In this document: positions 47,636-57,065 of the stretch, piece by piece
Numbering within the stretch: the first letter of the stretch is position 1
Layout of the letters: each line of letters starts with the position of its first letter
Source of the DNA: Candidatus Aminicenantes bacterium
GTDB lineage: Bacteria > Acidobacteriota > Aminicenantia > Aminicenantales > UBA8522
DNA length: 64,000 bases
Assembly (NCBI GenBank): GCA_963764885.1
Contig: CAVXUH010000009.1
Location: 16,540 to 80,539, forward strand
Reading direction: 5' to 3'
Notes under the pieces: model-generated
The model's database searches: none
What the model was told of the DNA's origin: nothing
Seen by the model: only the letters and a program-made list of their open reading frames with translations
Program-made: the position numbers and the translations under genes

Positions 47636-49000
47636 ATGCCTTTTCTTATTTATCAGGCCGGTTTTCTCGGAAACGGCATGGTCATCGGTGTGAACGCCGT
47701 TATCCATGTCATCCTCAGCCACGGCGTCGCCATCGGCGTCATGGGGATCATCGCCATCGTCGAGTACCTGGCGATCCGGCGCGACCGGCCGGACTGGGAG
47801 GGGCTGGCCGCCCGGCTCCTCAGGACATCGGTGATCGTCATTACGGGGGTGAGCGCCATCACCGGCGTCGGCATCTGGTTCACGACGAGCGCCCTCAACC
47901 CGCGCGGCCTGGGGACGATGCTCCGCGTCTTTTTCTGGCCCTGGTTTCTCGAGTGGATGGCCTTCACGGTCGAGCTCCTGGTTCTCCTCTACTATTTTTT
48001 CCGCTGGGACGCCTGGACCGGGGAGCGAAGGAAATACCGCTGGCGCTGCGGGGCGCTCTATGCGCTCATCGGCGCCGGCTCGGCCTTCCTGATCACCGGC
48101 ATCATGAGCTTCATGCTGACGGCGGACGGCTGGCCGTGGGACAAGGGTTTCGCCTCGGCCTTTTTCAACCCGAGCTTCCTGCCGCAAACGCTTTTCCGGC
48201 TGGCCCTTTCCTCCGCGCTCGGCGCCCTGTTCGTCATGGCCTTTCTTCTTTTCCGGAAATTCGATGACGCGCTCCGGGCGCAGGTCCTCCGGCTCCTGGG
48301 CGGGATCCTCATTTTCTCCGTGGCCCTGAGCCTCCTCTTCGGCGCCTGGTACCTTGCCGTCGTGCCGTCGCGCTTCAAGACGCTCGCCGTCTACTCGGTG
48401 CTGACCACCCACCTTTCGCAGCGGACCGGGGTTTTCCGGCTGGCGAACCTCATCGGACTGACCATCCTCTTGGCGCTCGCTGCCTCGAGCCTGGCCCGGG
48501 CCCGCGCTCTCTCCAAAATCCTGGTTATTCCGGCTCTCGTCGCGGCGATGGGCTTCGCAGCCGAGTTCGAGCGCGTCCGGGAGTTCATCCGCGGCCCCTA
48601 CGTCATGCCGGGATACATGTACTCGAACCAGGTCCTGCTCGCCGAGGAAGACTACTTCAAGGAAAAAGGGCTCTTGGAGAACTCCCCTTGGTTTGCGCTC
48701 GCGGGCCGGAGGGGCGATCCCACCGCCGAGGCCCTTTATATTTTCAAGCAGGACTGTTCGGTCTGCCACACGATCGGCGGCATCAACGATATCGGCGCCC
48801 GGGTCCGCGGCCGGAGCCGCGACGGGATCGCCGTGATCCTGAGCCACACCCGCGAGATGGTGCCGTTCATGGCCCCCTTCGCCGGGACCGACGAGGAGCG
48901 CCTGAAGCTCGCCGATTTCCTGTTCAAGCTGGGCGAGGGCGAACTCGAGCTCCCGCCCTCGTCGCGCTCGTTCACCGGGCCGGAGGGGGCGGGGCGATGA
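47636..49000 (+). CDS. Polytopic membrane domain resembling cytochrome bd oxidase subunit I (no Q-loop) fused to a C-terminal monohaem cytochrome c
   Basis: The N-terminal helices VIHVILSHGVAIG and WPWFLEWMAFTVELL parallel the CydA His-ligand and acidic-helix regions. There are ~9 TM segments. The C-terminal domain has CSVCH ... VPFMAPF. Family assignment is tentative. Confidence 0.5.
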   Translation: MPFLIYQAGFLGNGMVIGVNAVIHVILSHGVAIGVMGIIAIVEYLAIRRDRPDWEGLAARLLRTSVIVITGVSAITGVGIWFTTSALNPRGLGTMLRVFFWPWFLEWMAFTVELLVLLYYFFRWDAWTGERRKYRWRCGALYALIGAGSAFLITGIMSFMLTADGWPWDKGFASAFFNPSFLPQTLFRLALSSALGALFVMAFLLFRKFDDALRAQVLRLLGGILIFSVALSLLFGAWYLAVVPSRFKTLAVYSVLTTHLSQRTGVFRLANLIGLTILLALAASSLARARALSKILVIPALVAAMGFAAEFERVREFIRGPYVMPGYMYSNQVLLAEEDYFKEKGLLENSPWFALAGRRGDPTAEALYIFKQDCSVCHTIGGINDIGARVRGRSRDGIAVILSHTREMVPFMAPFAGTDEERLKLADFLFKLGEGELELPPSSRSFTGPEGAGR

Positions 49001-49064
49001 GCCAGCCGGTGGGGACGTTCCCCGGGGGCAGAAGCGTCCCCATTCGGTCGGCCGAGGAAGGCGC

Positions 49065-50630
49065 ATGACCGACCAGCTTCCCGGGCTCCTGTTGGCCCCG
49101 CCGTTCGGGGAGGGCTTTTTGCAGGCGCTCCTTTTCGGCGGGTTCCTCTTCCACCTGGTGTTCGTCCTGCTGACCCTGGGCACCGCTCTGCTGGCTGTTT
49201 TCTATTATCTCAAGGACCGGCGGCCGGCGGGGCCGACCGACGCGGCCTGGGACAGGCGGGCCCTCCGGACATTCATCGTCCACAAGAGCATCGCCGTCGC
49301 CCTGGGCGTGGGCCCGCTCCTCCTGATCCAGGTCGGTCATCCCGTGCCGTTCTTCAACGCCACGAGCCTGTTCGCGCCCCAGTGGATGGCGATCGTCGCT
49401 CTCCTCATCGTCGCCTCACTCATCTTCGATGGCCTGGCCCATCTGCCGGCTCTCCGCCGGGGGCTCCACCTGACCCTGGGCGTCATCGCCCTGATACTCC
49501 TCCTCGGCGTGCCCGCGGTCTTCGTGGCGGTCCTCGTCACCGCCGAGCAGTCGGCGGGCTGGCCAGATATCATTGCCCATGGTTATAGGCTGACGGGAGC
49601 CCTGGGCTGGCACTGGCTCTTCAGGTACGTTCACGTGCTGGCCGCGGGCATCATCTTCGGCGCCGTGTTCCACTACGTCTTCACCTCGCGCGGGAACCGC
49701 GAGAAAAAAGCCGCCATGTTGAATTGGATCCTCTTCGGTATCATGGCCCAGGCCGTCATCGGGCCGATGCTGACCCTGACTCTTGTCCTCAGGCCGGATG
49801 CGACCTCGATCGTGCTCCTTTTCTTCGGCCTGCTGGCGCTTGCCGCGTTCATCCGGATCGTGGCCGACGCGGGGGGAGGGGCGAAGGAGCTGAACCTGAA
49901 GCTCGCCGTGCCGATTCTCCTCGTCATCGCCTTTTTCATGCTGACCGTGCGCCAGCACCAGCAGGACCGGGCCTTCTCGGGCATAGAGGCCAAGGCTGCC
50001 GAGGAGGCGAACCGCTACGCCGCCGTCCTCCAGCCCTACGAAGAAGCGGCCCTCGGCCGGTATAAGAAGGACGTGGAGACGGTTTACGATAACGGCCCGA
50101 CGATCTACGCCATGAGCTGTGCCTTCTGCCACAATGCGAACGGCGACGGCAAGGGGCCCGAGCACGATAACCTGACGGTCCCGCCCGAAGGGATATCGGC
50201 CATCCGCACCACGCGCCCCTACGTCTATAAGATGCTGACCGAGGGGATCGAGGGCTCGGCCATGCCCTATTTTACGGTTTTTACGAAGGACAAGCTCGAC
50301 CGGCTCATCGATTTCATGAACGAGAGATGGCAGATATTGGGTCCCGTGCCCGCCGTCGACGGTGTATCGCCCGAGGACAAGGCCGAGGCCGTCAAGACGT
50401 ACGCCCAGGTCTGTGCCGGCTGCCACGGCCCGGACGGACGGCCGGCGCCGAACGCCGCCAAGTTCAAGCCCCCGCCGCCGGATTTCACGCAGTACAGCCT
50501 GCTGCCCGAGCGCGCCCTCGAGGTCATCCACGAAGGCTATCACGGGACCGTCATGGGGCCCTTCGGCCGGGCGCTGAAGCCGGAGACGAAGACCGCGCTC
50601 GTCCAGGTCCTTTACGACTTGCGGAAATGA
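49065..50630 (+). CDS. Polytopic membrane protein (~8 TM) fused to a C-terminal dihaem cytochrome c
   Basis: TM domain with a His-rich helix WHWLFRYVHVLAAG. Two class-I-type haem modules: CAFCH..SAMPYF and CAGCH..TVMGPF. GAGGAAGG RBS. Confidence 0.6.
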   Translation: MTDQLPGLLLAPPFGEGFLQALLFGGFLFHLVFVLLTLGTALLAVFYYLKDRRPAGPTDAAWDRRALRTFIVHKSIAVALGVGPLLLIQVGHPVPFFNATSLFAPQWMAIVALLIVASLIFDGLAHLPALRRGLHLTLGVIALILLLGVPAVFVAVLVTAEQSAGWPDIIAHGYRLTGALGWHWLFRYVHVLAAGIIFGAVFHYVFTSRGNREKKAAMLNWILFGIMAQAVIGPMLTLTLVLRPDATSIVLLFFGLLALAAFIRIVADAGGGAKELNLKLAVPILLVIAFFMLTVRQHQQDRAFSGIEAKAAEEANRYAAVLQPYEEAALGRYKKDVETVYDNGPTIYAMSCAFCHNANGDGKGPEHDNLTVPPEGISAIRTTRPYVYKMLTEGIEGSAMPYFTVFTKDKLDRLIDFMNERWQILGPVPAVDGVSPEDKAEAVKTYAQVCAGCHGPDGRPAPNAAKFKPPPPDFTQYSLLPERALEVIHEGYHGTVMGPFGRALKPETKTALVQVLYDLRK

Positions 50631-51490
50631 GCCGCCACCGCGATAAGGTCGTCTTGATCACCGGGGCCTCGACCGGCATCGGCCGGCTGACGGCCGACCG
50701 GCTCACGGCGAGTGGGTTCCGGGTCTTCGGGACGAGCCGCCGTCCCGGCGGCTCTGCCGCCCCCCGGGGCTGGGAACTCCTCGAGCTCGACGTCCGCTCG
50801 GACGGTTCCGCCGCCCGGTGCGTCAAGGATATCCTCGACAGGGCCGGGCGGATCGATGCCCTGGTCAATAATGCCGGCTACGCTCTTGGAGGCGCGGTCG
50901 AGGAAGCGACGCTCGATCAGGCCGAGGCGGCTTTTGCCACGAACTTCTTCGGCGCCGTGCGCATGATCAAGGCGGTCCTCCCGCACCTGCGGCAGCAGGG
51001 GAGCGGCACGATCATCGGCATCTCATCCGGCAACGCCGCCCTCAGGCTTCCGTTTTCCGGCTACTATGTCGCCGGCAAGTGCGCCCTGGAAGGCCTGAGC
51101 GCCTGCCTTAGAAGGGAGCTGATGCCCCTGGGCGTATACGTCTCGGTGATCGAGCCGACTTTTTTCAGGTCCAATCTCGGGGACGCCGCGCAGACGGGCC
51201 TGGACCGGAGGGGCGCCTATGAACCGTGGCGGACGTCGTGGGAACTGATGATGACGCGGAGCGTCCAGCACGGAGCCGACCCGACGCCCGTGGCGAAGTG
51301 CATCGCCGGGATTCTCACCAGCCGCCGGCCGCGCTACCTCTATGTCGTCGGTCCCGGGCTGAAGCTGGCCCGCCGGGCGAAGCAGTTTCTTCCGGAAGAG
51401 CTCTTCTATTGGGGACTTAAAAGAGCGCTGGGAATAAAAAACCGTGGAAGCCGGCCGGAAGCTGATGATGAACGGCAGCCACGCGAGTGA
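50627..51490 (+). CDS. Short-chain dehydrogenase/reductase (classical SDR)
   Basis: VVLITGASTGIGR (TGxxxGxG), NNAG, and a YxxxK equivalent (YYVAGKCAL). The ATG overlaps the upstream stop (ATGA). Confidence 0.85.
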   Translation: MSRHRDKVVLITGASTGIGRLTADRLTASGFRVFGTSRRPGGSAAPRGWELLELDVRSDGSAARCVKDILDRAGRIDALVNNAGYALGGAVEEATLDQAEAAFATNFFGAVRMIKAVLPHLRQQGSGTIIGISSGNAALRLPFSGYYVAGKCALEGLSACLRRELMPLGVYVSVIEPTFFRSNLGDAAQTGLDRRGAYEPWRTSWELMMTRSVQHGADPTPVAKCIAGILTSRRPRYLYVVGPGLKLARRAKQFLPEELFYWGLKRALGIKNRGSRPEADDERQPRE

Positions 51491-51552
51491 TGGAGCGCAG
51501 CCTGAGCGAACGGTATTAGGTCTCGAAGGCAGGGGGGGAGACGACCCCGCTT

Positions 51553-52590
51553 TTAATCGCGGGTTCCCGTTGCGGATCCTCCGTCCCGGCTCCCGCGGCC
51601 TTGGATGAGGTTGATCAGCTGGACGCGGTTATTGACATTCGTCTTCAGGTAGATCCTGTAGATGTGGTCTTTGACCGTTTGAAGGGAGATGAAAAGCGTC
51701 TCGGCGATTTCCTTGTTCGTTTTTCCGGCGCACAGCTCCCGGATGACCTCCTCCTCCCGCTTGGAGATCTTGAACTCTTCGATGAACCGGGTCATGTCTC
51801 CGGCCGGAGTCCTCAGAAGGGAGGCGGCCGGACCGGCTTTCAGGAGGTGGGCTCTCCAATACAGGAGCGGGATCAGGTTGGCGGAAAAGAAAGCGAGCAT
51901 ATAGGCGACGGCCAGTGATCCCCGCCCAAGGATATAGGGGGAAAGAACAAGCACCGCCGAATAAGCGAGAAGGCAGGCCAACCCGAAGCGCCGGATGGCC
52001 TGCCGTCTTTTCTCGTCCTCAATCAAGGACGCCCGTCGGAAAAGCCGGGACACTCCTGAGACGAGCGTCGCGGCCACGAGGACTGCGGAGAGCCAAGTGA
52101 AGCCGGACGCAAAATCTCTCAATTGACTCGCGCTCCAGGCCGAAACGTTGGCCCAGACGAGAAACACTCCGTAGGCCAAAAACGCGCCCCCCCAAACCGA
52201 GAAGTAGGCCAGGGTGAGCCTGCGGGGGAGGTCCTTATCGACCATCTCCCGCGACAGGCGAAGGAACATGTACCAAGCCAGGATCAGGAAGGGCAGCCCC
52301 AGAAAGGCAAAAAAGTGTCCGATGGTCTCGATGGTTTCTGGGCCCGTCCCTCGCCGACCGAGGGCCTCCCGGACGAGGACCCGGCCCACGACACCGTAGA
52401 CCCCGAAGGCGGTTATGAACACCTGGAAGTACAGGTAAGTGCTGAGATGATCGAGCCGGTACCGCCTCTGTAGACGATGCGTAAGATAGACGGCGGTCGT
52501 TCCGATCCCGAGAGAGACGGCCAGAACAACGCCGAAAACCAGGTCACCCATCGGCCGGACGGTCCTCCTGTCTTGTCCAAGGATATACAA
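51553..52590 (-). CDS. Membrane-anchored LuxR-family regulator (7 TM N-terminal domain + C-terminal HTH)
   Basis: C-terminal EEEVIRELCAGKTNKEIAETLFISLQTVKDHIYRIYLKTNVNNRVQL is a GerE/LuxR HTH. The N-terminal ~260 aa is hydrophobic. Confidence 0.75.
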   Translation of the reverse strand: MYILGQDRRTVRPMGDLVFGVVLAVSLGIGTTAVYLTHRLQRRYRLDHLSTYLYFQVFITAFGVYGVVGRVLVREALGRRGTGPETIETIGHFFAFLGLPFLILAWYMFLRLSREMVDKDLPRRLTLAYFSVWGGAFLAYGVFLVWANVSAWSASQLRDFASGFTWLSAVLVAATLVSGVSRLFRRASLIEDEKRRQAIRRFGLACLLAYSAVLVLSPYILGRGSLAVAYMLAFFSANLIPLLYWRAHLLKAGPAASLLRTPAGDMTRFIEEFKISKREEEVIRELCAGKTNKEIAETLFISLQTVKDHIYRIYLKTNVNNRVQLINLIQGRGSRDGGSATGTRD

Positions 52591-52746
52591 AAGTGGTCCC
52601 GAATCTCAAGAAATTACCGCGGGTTTTTGCGCCGCCCTCGAACCGGACTAAAGTCGTGTTTTCCCCGAATCCGACTTTCGGTGGTAGAAATCCCGGTGGA
52701 TTCCGCTTATTTTCTGGGTGTGAATGCCGCTTTCCAGGAGGTTGCC

Positions 52747-53448
52747 ATGAGCAGCACCGACGAAAAAACGATCGTCCTCACTCCCACCGCCGGTTCCGTG
52801 TTCGGATTCGGCTGGGGACGGATGAAAAAGTTCTTCCTGGACCTTTTTCTGATCACCATCATCGTCGCCGCGGTCTATGTGCCCCTGGGCATGATCGAGT
52901 CGCTCGACGGCAACGACACGCCGGGGGGGGCGCTGGTCAAGATCTTTTCGTTCGGCTACTTGATCCTCCTCCTCTTCCCCATTGATTTCGGCGCCTCCTG
53001 GGTCTTTTTGAAGTGCGTCCGGGGCGAGAAAATCGATGTCCAGGACATGTTCTCGGTTTTTGAGAATTATCTCAACGTCGTCCTGGCCGGTCTCCTGGTC
53101 GCGGCCATCATCGGCATCGGGATGATGTTCCTGCTTGCCCCGGGCATCATCCTGGCCTGCCGGCTGGCCTTTGTCCGGTATCTCGTCATGGACAAAAAGA
53201 TGGAGCCGGTCGACGCCGTCAAGGAAAGCTGGCGGATGACCAAGGGACACGCCAACCAGATCTTCTATACGGGTGTCCTGGCCTTTTGTGCGGCCCTTGC
53301 CGGACTGCTCTGCTTCGGCGTAGGCGTCATCGTGGCCTGGATGTGGATGCGGTGCGCTTTCGCTTCGATGTACTATGCCGTGAGCGAGCTCGAGCAAGCA
53401 AAGGCTCAGGCGATACCACCGTCTGCCGAACCCGCCCCGGAGGCTTGA
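52747..53448 (+). CDS. Hypothetical membrane protein (DUF975-like topology)
   Basis: Start taken at ATG 52747 (MSSTDEK...). Four to five TM helices. No catalytic motif recognised. Confidence 0.5.
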   Translation: MSSTDEKTIVLTPTAGSVFGFGWGRMKKFFLDLFLITIIVAAVYVPLGMIESLDGNDTPGGALVKIFSFGYLILLLFPIDFGASWVFLKCVRGEKIDVQDMFSVFENYLNVVLAGLLVAAIIGIGMMFLLAPGIILACRLAFVRYLVMDKKMEPVDAVKESWRMTKGHANQIFYTGVLAFCAALAGLLCFGVGVIVAWMWMRCAFASMYYAVSELEQAKAQAIPPSAEPAPEA

Positions 53449-53517
53449 TGGAAGGGAATTCCGGATATCTGTCGTCGCCGGTTCGGTTGAGCTTCCGGCC
53501 GGACCGCGCCGCGCCGA

Positions 53518-54612
53518 TCACCATCGCTCGACGCGCCTGATGATGTCCGGCTGGACGGCCTCGTCGGCGGCGATGCACAGGAGCAGCCCCTCGGGCTCCG
53601 TGCGTCCGATGAAATCTTCGAGCTCGCTGAGCTGGAGGTCGACCATGACGGATTTGCCCGCGGCCTGGAGCCTCCGGATGAGCGGGACCCACTGCAGGAT
53701 CGGCAGGTCCAGGCCCATGCCCTGGACCCACTGGATGGCCTGGATCTCCGGCACCGAGAGGATCATGTCGAGGTGTTTCAGGACCCCTCGGCCGTCGACA
53801 TGGAAGACGTTGTGGGTCATCGGCTTGACCTCCTCCCTGAGGGCCGGCAGTCCGAACTCCTCGAACATGGCGGGCGAGATCATGGCCGCGAAGTCGCAGC
53901 TCGGGATGTGCATCTTGCCGAAGGAGGGAATGCCCATCCAGGTCACGGACGGCAGCCCGGCCGCCTTCAACATGGCGTCGAAGTCATCGTAAACTTCCTG
54001 GAAATGCGCCATGGCCAGGCCGACCAGCCGCTTCACATCATCCCCGTCGAAGACCAGGTCGAGGCACAGCTGCTGCGGGTCCCGCCAGGCGGCGGCGCTG
54101 TCCAGCCCGCCGTGGAGGTCGGTGTAGCCGACGAGGTAGCGCCCGCCGCACTTCTCCAGGCCCAGGCGCGTGATCTCTTCGGTTTTCTTGAAGTAGAGGT
54201 TTTCCCGGCTGAGGACCAGCTTCCCGATGTCCTCCCATGAGCGCACGCACGGAACCGCATAGGACGTCGTCTCGCCGTACTCGAGCTCGCACCCGAAATA
54301 GGCCGCGTAGACCTCGGGGCCGAGGTTCGGCCAGAAAACCGGGAAGGTCTCGGCATAGTAGCGGCGGCCCTCGATGCCGGCGATGAAATAATCGACCTGG
54401 TATTCGGCGTCGAACCAGCGGGACTTGAGGTCCGGCCAGGTCTTGCCGGCGAGGTGGCGGGGGACGGCGAAATCGGCGTTGTGGGCGGAAAACCGGATGG
54501 GCGGCCGGTCGATGACCGCCTGCTCGTACCAGGCATAGATGCGCTTCATGGCCATCTCGAAATCGGGCTTGCCCCGGATCTCGACCACCGGCCAGGAATT
54601 CTTCTCGATCAC
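53518..54612 (-). CDS. Hypothetical protein, possibly uroporphyrinogen decarboxylase (URO-D)-like TIM-barrel fold
   Basis: Intact 364-aa ORF with normal amino-acid composition. The URO-D-like assignment is a weak impression only. Confidence 0.4.
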   Translation of the reverse strand: MIEKNSWPVVEIRGKPDFEMAMKRIYAWYEQAVIDRPPIRFSAHNADFAVPRHLAGKTWPDLKSRWFDAEYQVDYFIAGIEGRRYYAETFPVFWPNLGPEVYAAYFGCELEYGETTSYAVPCVRSWEDIGKLVLSRENLYFKKTEEITRLGLEKCGGRYLVGYTDLHGGLDSAAAWRDPQQLCLDLVFDGDDVKRLVGLAMAHFQEVYDDFDAMLKAAGLPSVTWMGIPSFGKMHIPSCDFAAMISPAMFEEFGLPALREEVKPMTHNVFHVDGRGVLKHLDMILSVPEIQAIQWVQGMGLDLPILQWVPLIRRLQAAGKSVMVDLQLSELEDFIGRTEPEGLLLCIAADEAVQPDIIRRVERW

Positions 54613-54745
54613 GGCCGAAGTCTAGCGACTATCGGGTTTCGCTGTCAAGCGCCGATTCGCCCGCAAAAAATCCTGGCGGCGCCCGGGGACCGGAAAAATT
54701 AATCCTTTCCCGTGGGTCGGCAGTTGGATTATATTGAAGAAAAAG

Positions 54746-55663
54746 ATGACCCCGAACCGCGCCAACGGTGACTTCCTCCGGCGCGCCTGGCGCGCCCGCA
54801 CCGTGGTCCCGGCCTTCAATATTCCCTACCTGCCCATGATGGAACCGGTCGTCCGGGCCCTGCGGGATGCCCGGAGCTTCGGGCTCATCGCGGTCGCCCG
54901 CCTGGAGTGGCAGAAGTTCGAGGCCCGGAGCCTGGAGGCCGTCGAGGAGGAATACGAGCGGGTGGGGGACTTGCCGTTCGCCGGGCTTCATCTCGACCAC
55001 GTTCCGGTGATCGACGAGGACGATCGGGCGGTGGACTTTGAAGAGGTGATCGGCCGGGCGATCCAGGCCGGCTACGGTTCCGTCATGGTCGACGGTTCCC
55101 GGCTGCCGCTGAGCGAGAATATCTCGTGCAGCCGGAAGATCGCCGAGCTGGCTCACGGCGCGGGCATCCCGGTCGAGGCCGAGCTGGGCGCGGTGATGGG
55201 CCACGAGCCCGGGCCGCTCCCTCCGTACGATGAGCTCTTCGCCTCGGGCCGAGGTTTCACGGACCCGGAGGAGGCCCGCCGGTTCGTCGGGGAAACCGGC
55301 GTCGACTGGCTGTCCGTCGCCATCGGCAACATCCACGGGGCGATCTCCGGCGCCGCCCGGCAGGCGAAAAAGATCCGGGCGCGCCTCGACCTGGAACACC
55401 TCGAAAAGATCGGCCGGGCCACCGGGATCCCCCTCGTGCTCCACGGGGGGTCTGGGATCGCGAAAAACCTCGTTATCGCGGCGGTCCGGAACGGAGTCGC
55501 CAAGATCAATATCGCCACGGCCATCCGACAACCCTACGAGCAGCTGGCGCCTCTCTCCGTTCCCAGGGCGCAGCAGGCGGTCTATGAGGCCGCGACTGAG
55601 ATCCTGAAGACGGAGCTTGAAGCCGCCGGCCAGGCGGCCGTCATCAACCCGAGCGGAGACTAG
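54746..55663 (+). CDS. Class II ketose-bisphosphate aldolase (FBA_II / tagatose-bisphosphate aldolase family)
   Basis: VPAFNI, LHLDHV, GYGSVMVDGSRLPLSENI, VEAELGAVMGHE, WLSVAIGNIHGA and PLVLHGGSG match the Zn-dependent class II aldolase motifs. An alternative TTG start lies at 54734. Confidence 0.85.
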   Translation: MTPNRANGDFLRRAWRARTVVPAFNIPYLPMMEPVVRALRDARSFGLIAVARLEWQKFEARSLEAVEEEYERVGDLPFAGLHLDHVPVIDEDDRAVDFEEVIGRAIQAGYGSVMVDGSRLPLSENISCSRKIAELAHGAGIPVEAELGAVMGHEPGPLPPYDELFASGRGFTDPEEARRFVGETGVDWLSVAIGNIHGAISGAARQAKKIRARLDLEHLEKIGRATGIPLVLHGGSGIAKNLVIAAVRNGVAKINIATAIRQPYEQLAPLSVPRAQQAVYEAATEILKTELEAAGQAAVINPSGD

Positions 55664-55664
55664 C

Positions 55665-57065
55665 ATGAGCAAGACCACGTTCGCCCTCTACTTCGGCACC
55701 CGCGGGTTCTTCCCGGAATCGCTGATCGCCGGCGCCCGCCGGGAGATGAGCGGCCGGCTGAAGGCCCTCGGCTACGGGACGCTGATGATGGACGCGGCCG
55801 CCACGCCCAACGGCGCCGTGGAAACGCGGGAACAGGGACTGCAATACGCGGAGTTCCTTAAGACGCGCGCCGGCCAATACGACGGGGTCATCCTCTGCCT
55901 GCCGAACTTCGGCGACGAGAACGGGGCCGTCAGCGCCCTGCGCGACGCGGGCACCCCGATCCTGGTCCAGGCCTACCCCGACGAGCTCGACAAGATGGGG
56001 CCCGCCGAGCGCCGGGACGCTTTCTGCGGCAAGTTCTCCGTCATGGATGTGTTTTGCCAGTGCGGCATTCCGTTCACCACGTTTCCGCCGCACACCGTTC
56101 ATCCCGCTAGCGAAACGTTCGCCCGGCACGTCGATTGGTTCGCCCGGGTGTGCCGGGCGACCCGGCGCCTGAAGCGCTTCACGGTCGGCGCCATCGGCGC
56201 CCGGACGACGGCCTTCAAGACCGTCCGTTTTGACGAGCTGACGCTCGAGCGTTACGGGATCACGACCGAAGCCCTGGACCTGTCCGAGGTCATTCGAAGG
56301 GTCCGGGATAAGGGCACGACCGACGATGTCTTCCGCCGCAAGGCGGAACACCTGAAGTCCTACACCGGCTGGGGTGGAGTCCCCCGGTCGGCCTTCAAGA
56401 GCATCGTCAAGCTCTCTGTGGTGCTGGATGAGATCATCGAAGAATACGCGATGGACGCCCTGTCCCTTCGCTGCTGGATCGAGCTCGAGAAGGAGCTGAA
56501 GCTTTCCCCCTGCGTCATCCTCGGCGACCTGAATGACCGCGGGCTACCGGCGGCCTGCGAGCTTGATGTGGGCAACGCGGTCGCCATGTACGCCCTGGCT
56601 TCGGCCTCCGGCGGGGCCGCGGCCTGCCTGGACTGGAACAACAACTATGGCGACGATGACGACAAGTGCATCCTGTTCCATTGCGGACCGGTCCCGCAGA
56701 GCCTGATGACCGCCAAAGGCCGGATCGTCGACCATCCCATGTTCGCCAAGACGATGGGCGGCGGCTGCGGCTATGGCTGCAACACCGGCCGGATCGCGCC
56801 GGCGCCGGTGACCTTCTCGAGCGCCAAGACCCAGGACGGCCGTCTCAGCTTCTATCTGGGGGAGGGCGAGATCACGGGCGATCCGATCGCCGACGATTTC
56901 TTCGGCTGCGCCGGAGTGGCCCGGATCCCGGACCTCCAGTCGAAGCTCCAGGTCATCGGTCACGAGGGCTACCGCCATCACGTCGGGTTGACGACCGGCC
57001 GGCTGGCGGGCCCGCTCCAGGAAGCGTTCGAGCGGTATCTTCATTACGGCATCACCAGGATATGA
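55665..57065 (+). CDS. Sugar isomerase of the L-fucose/L-arabinose isomerase superfamily
   Basis: YFGTRGFFP..., CLPNFGDE, AACELDVGNAVAMY, and C-terminal HHVGLTTG-type ending typical of FucI-like-domain proteins. Confidence 0.7.
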   Translation: MSKTTFALYFGTRGFFPESLIAGARREMSGRLKALGYGTLMMDAAATPNGAVETREQGLQYAEFLKTRAGQYDGVILCLPNFGDENGAVSALRDAGTPILVQAYPDELDKMGPAERRDAFCGKFSVMDVFCQCGIPFTTFPPHTVHPASETFARHVDWFARVCRATRRLKRFTVGAIGARTTAFKTVRFDELTLERYGITTEALDLSEVIRRVRDKGTTDDVFRRKAEHLKSYTGWGGVPRSAFKSIVKLSVVLDEIIEEYAMDALSLRCWIELEKELKLSPCVILGDLNDRGLPAACELDVGNAVAMYALASASGGAAACLDWNNNYGDDDDKCILFHCGPVPQSLMTAKGRIVDHPMFAKTMGGGCGYGCNTGRIAPAPVTFSSAKTQDGRLSFYLGEGEITGDPIADDFFGCAGVARIPDLQSKLQVIGHEGYRHHVGLTTGRLAGPLQEAFERYLHYGITRI

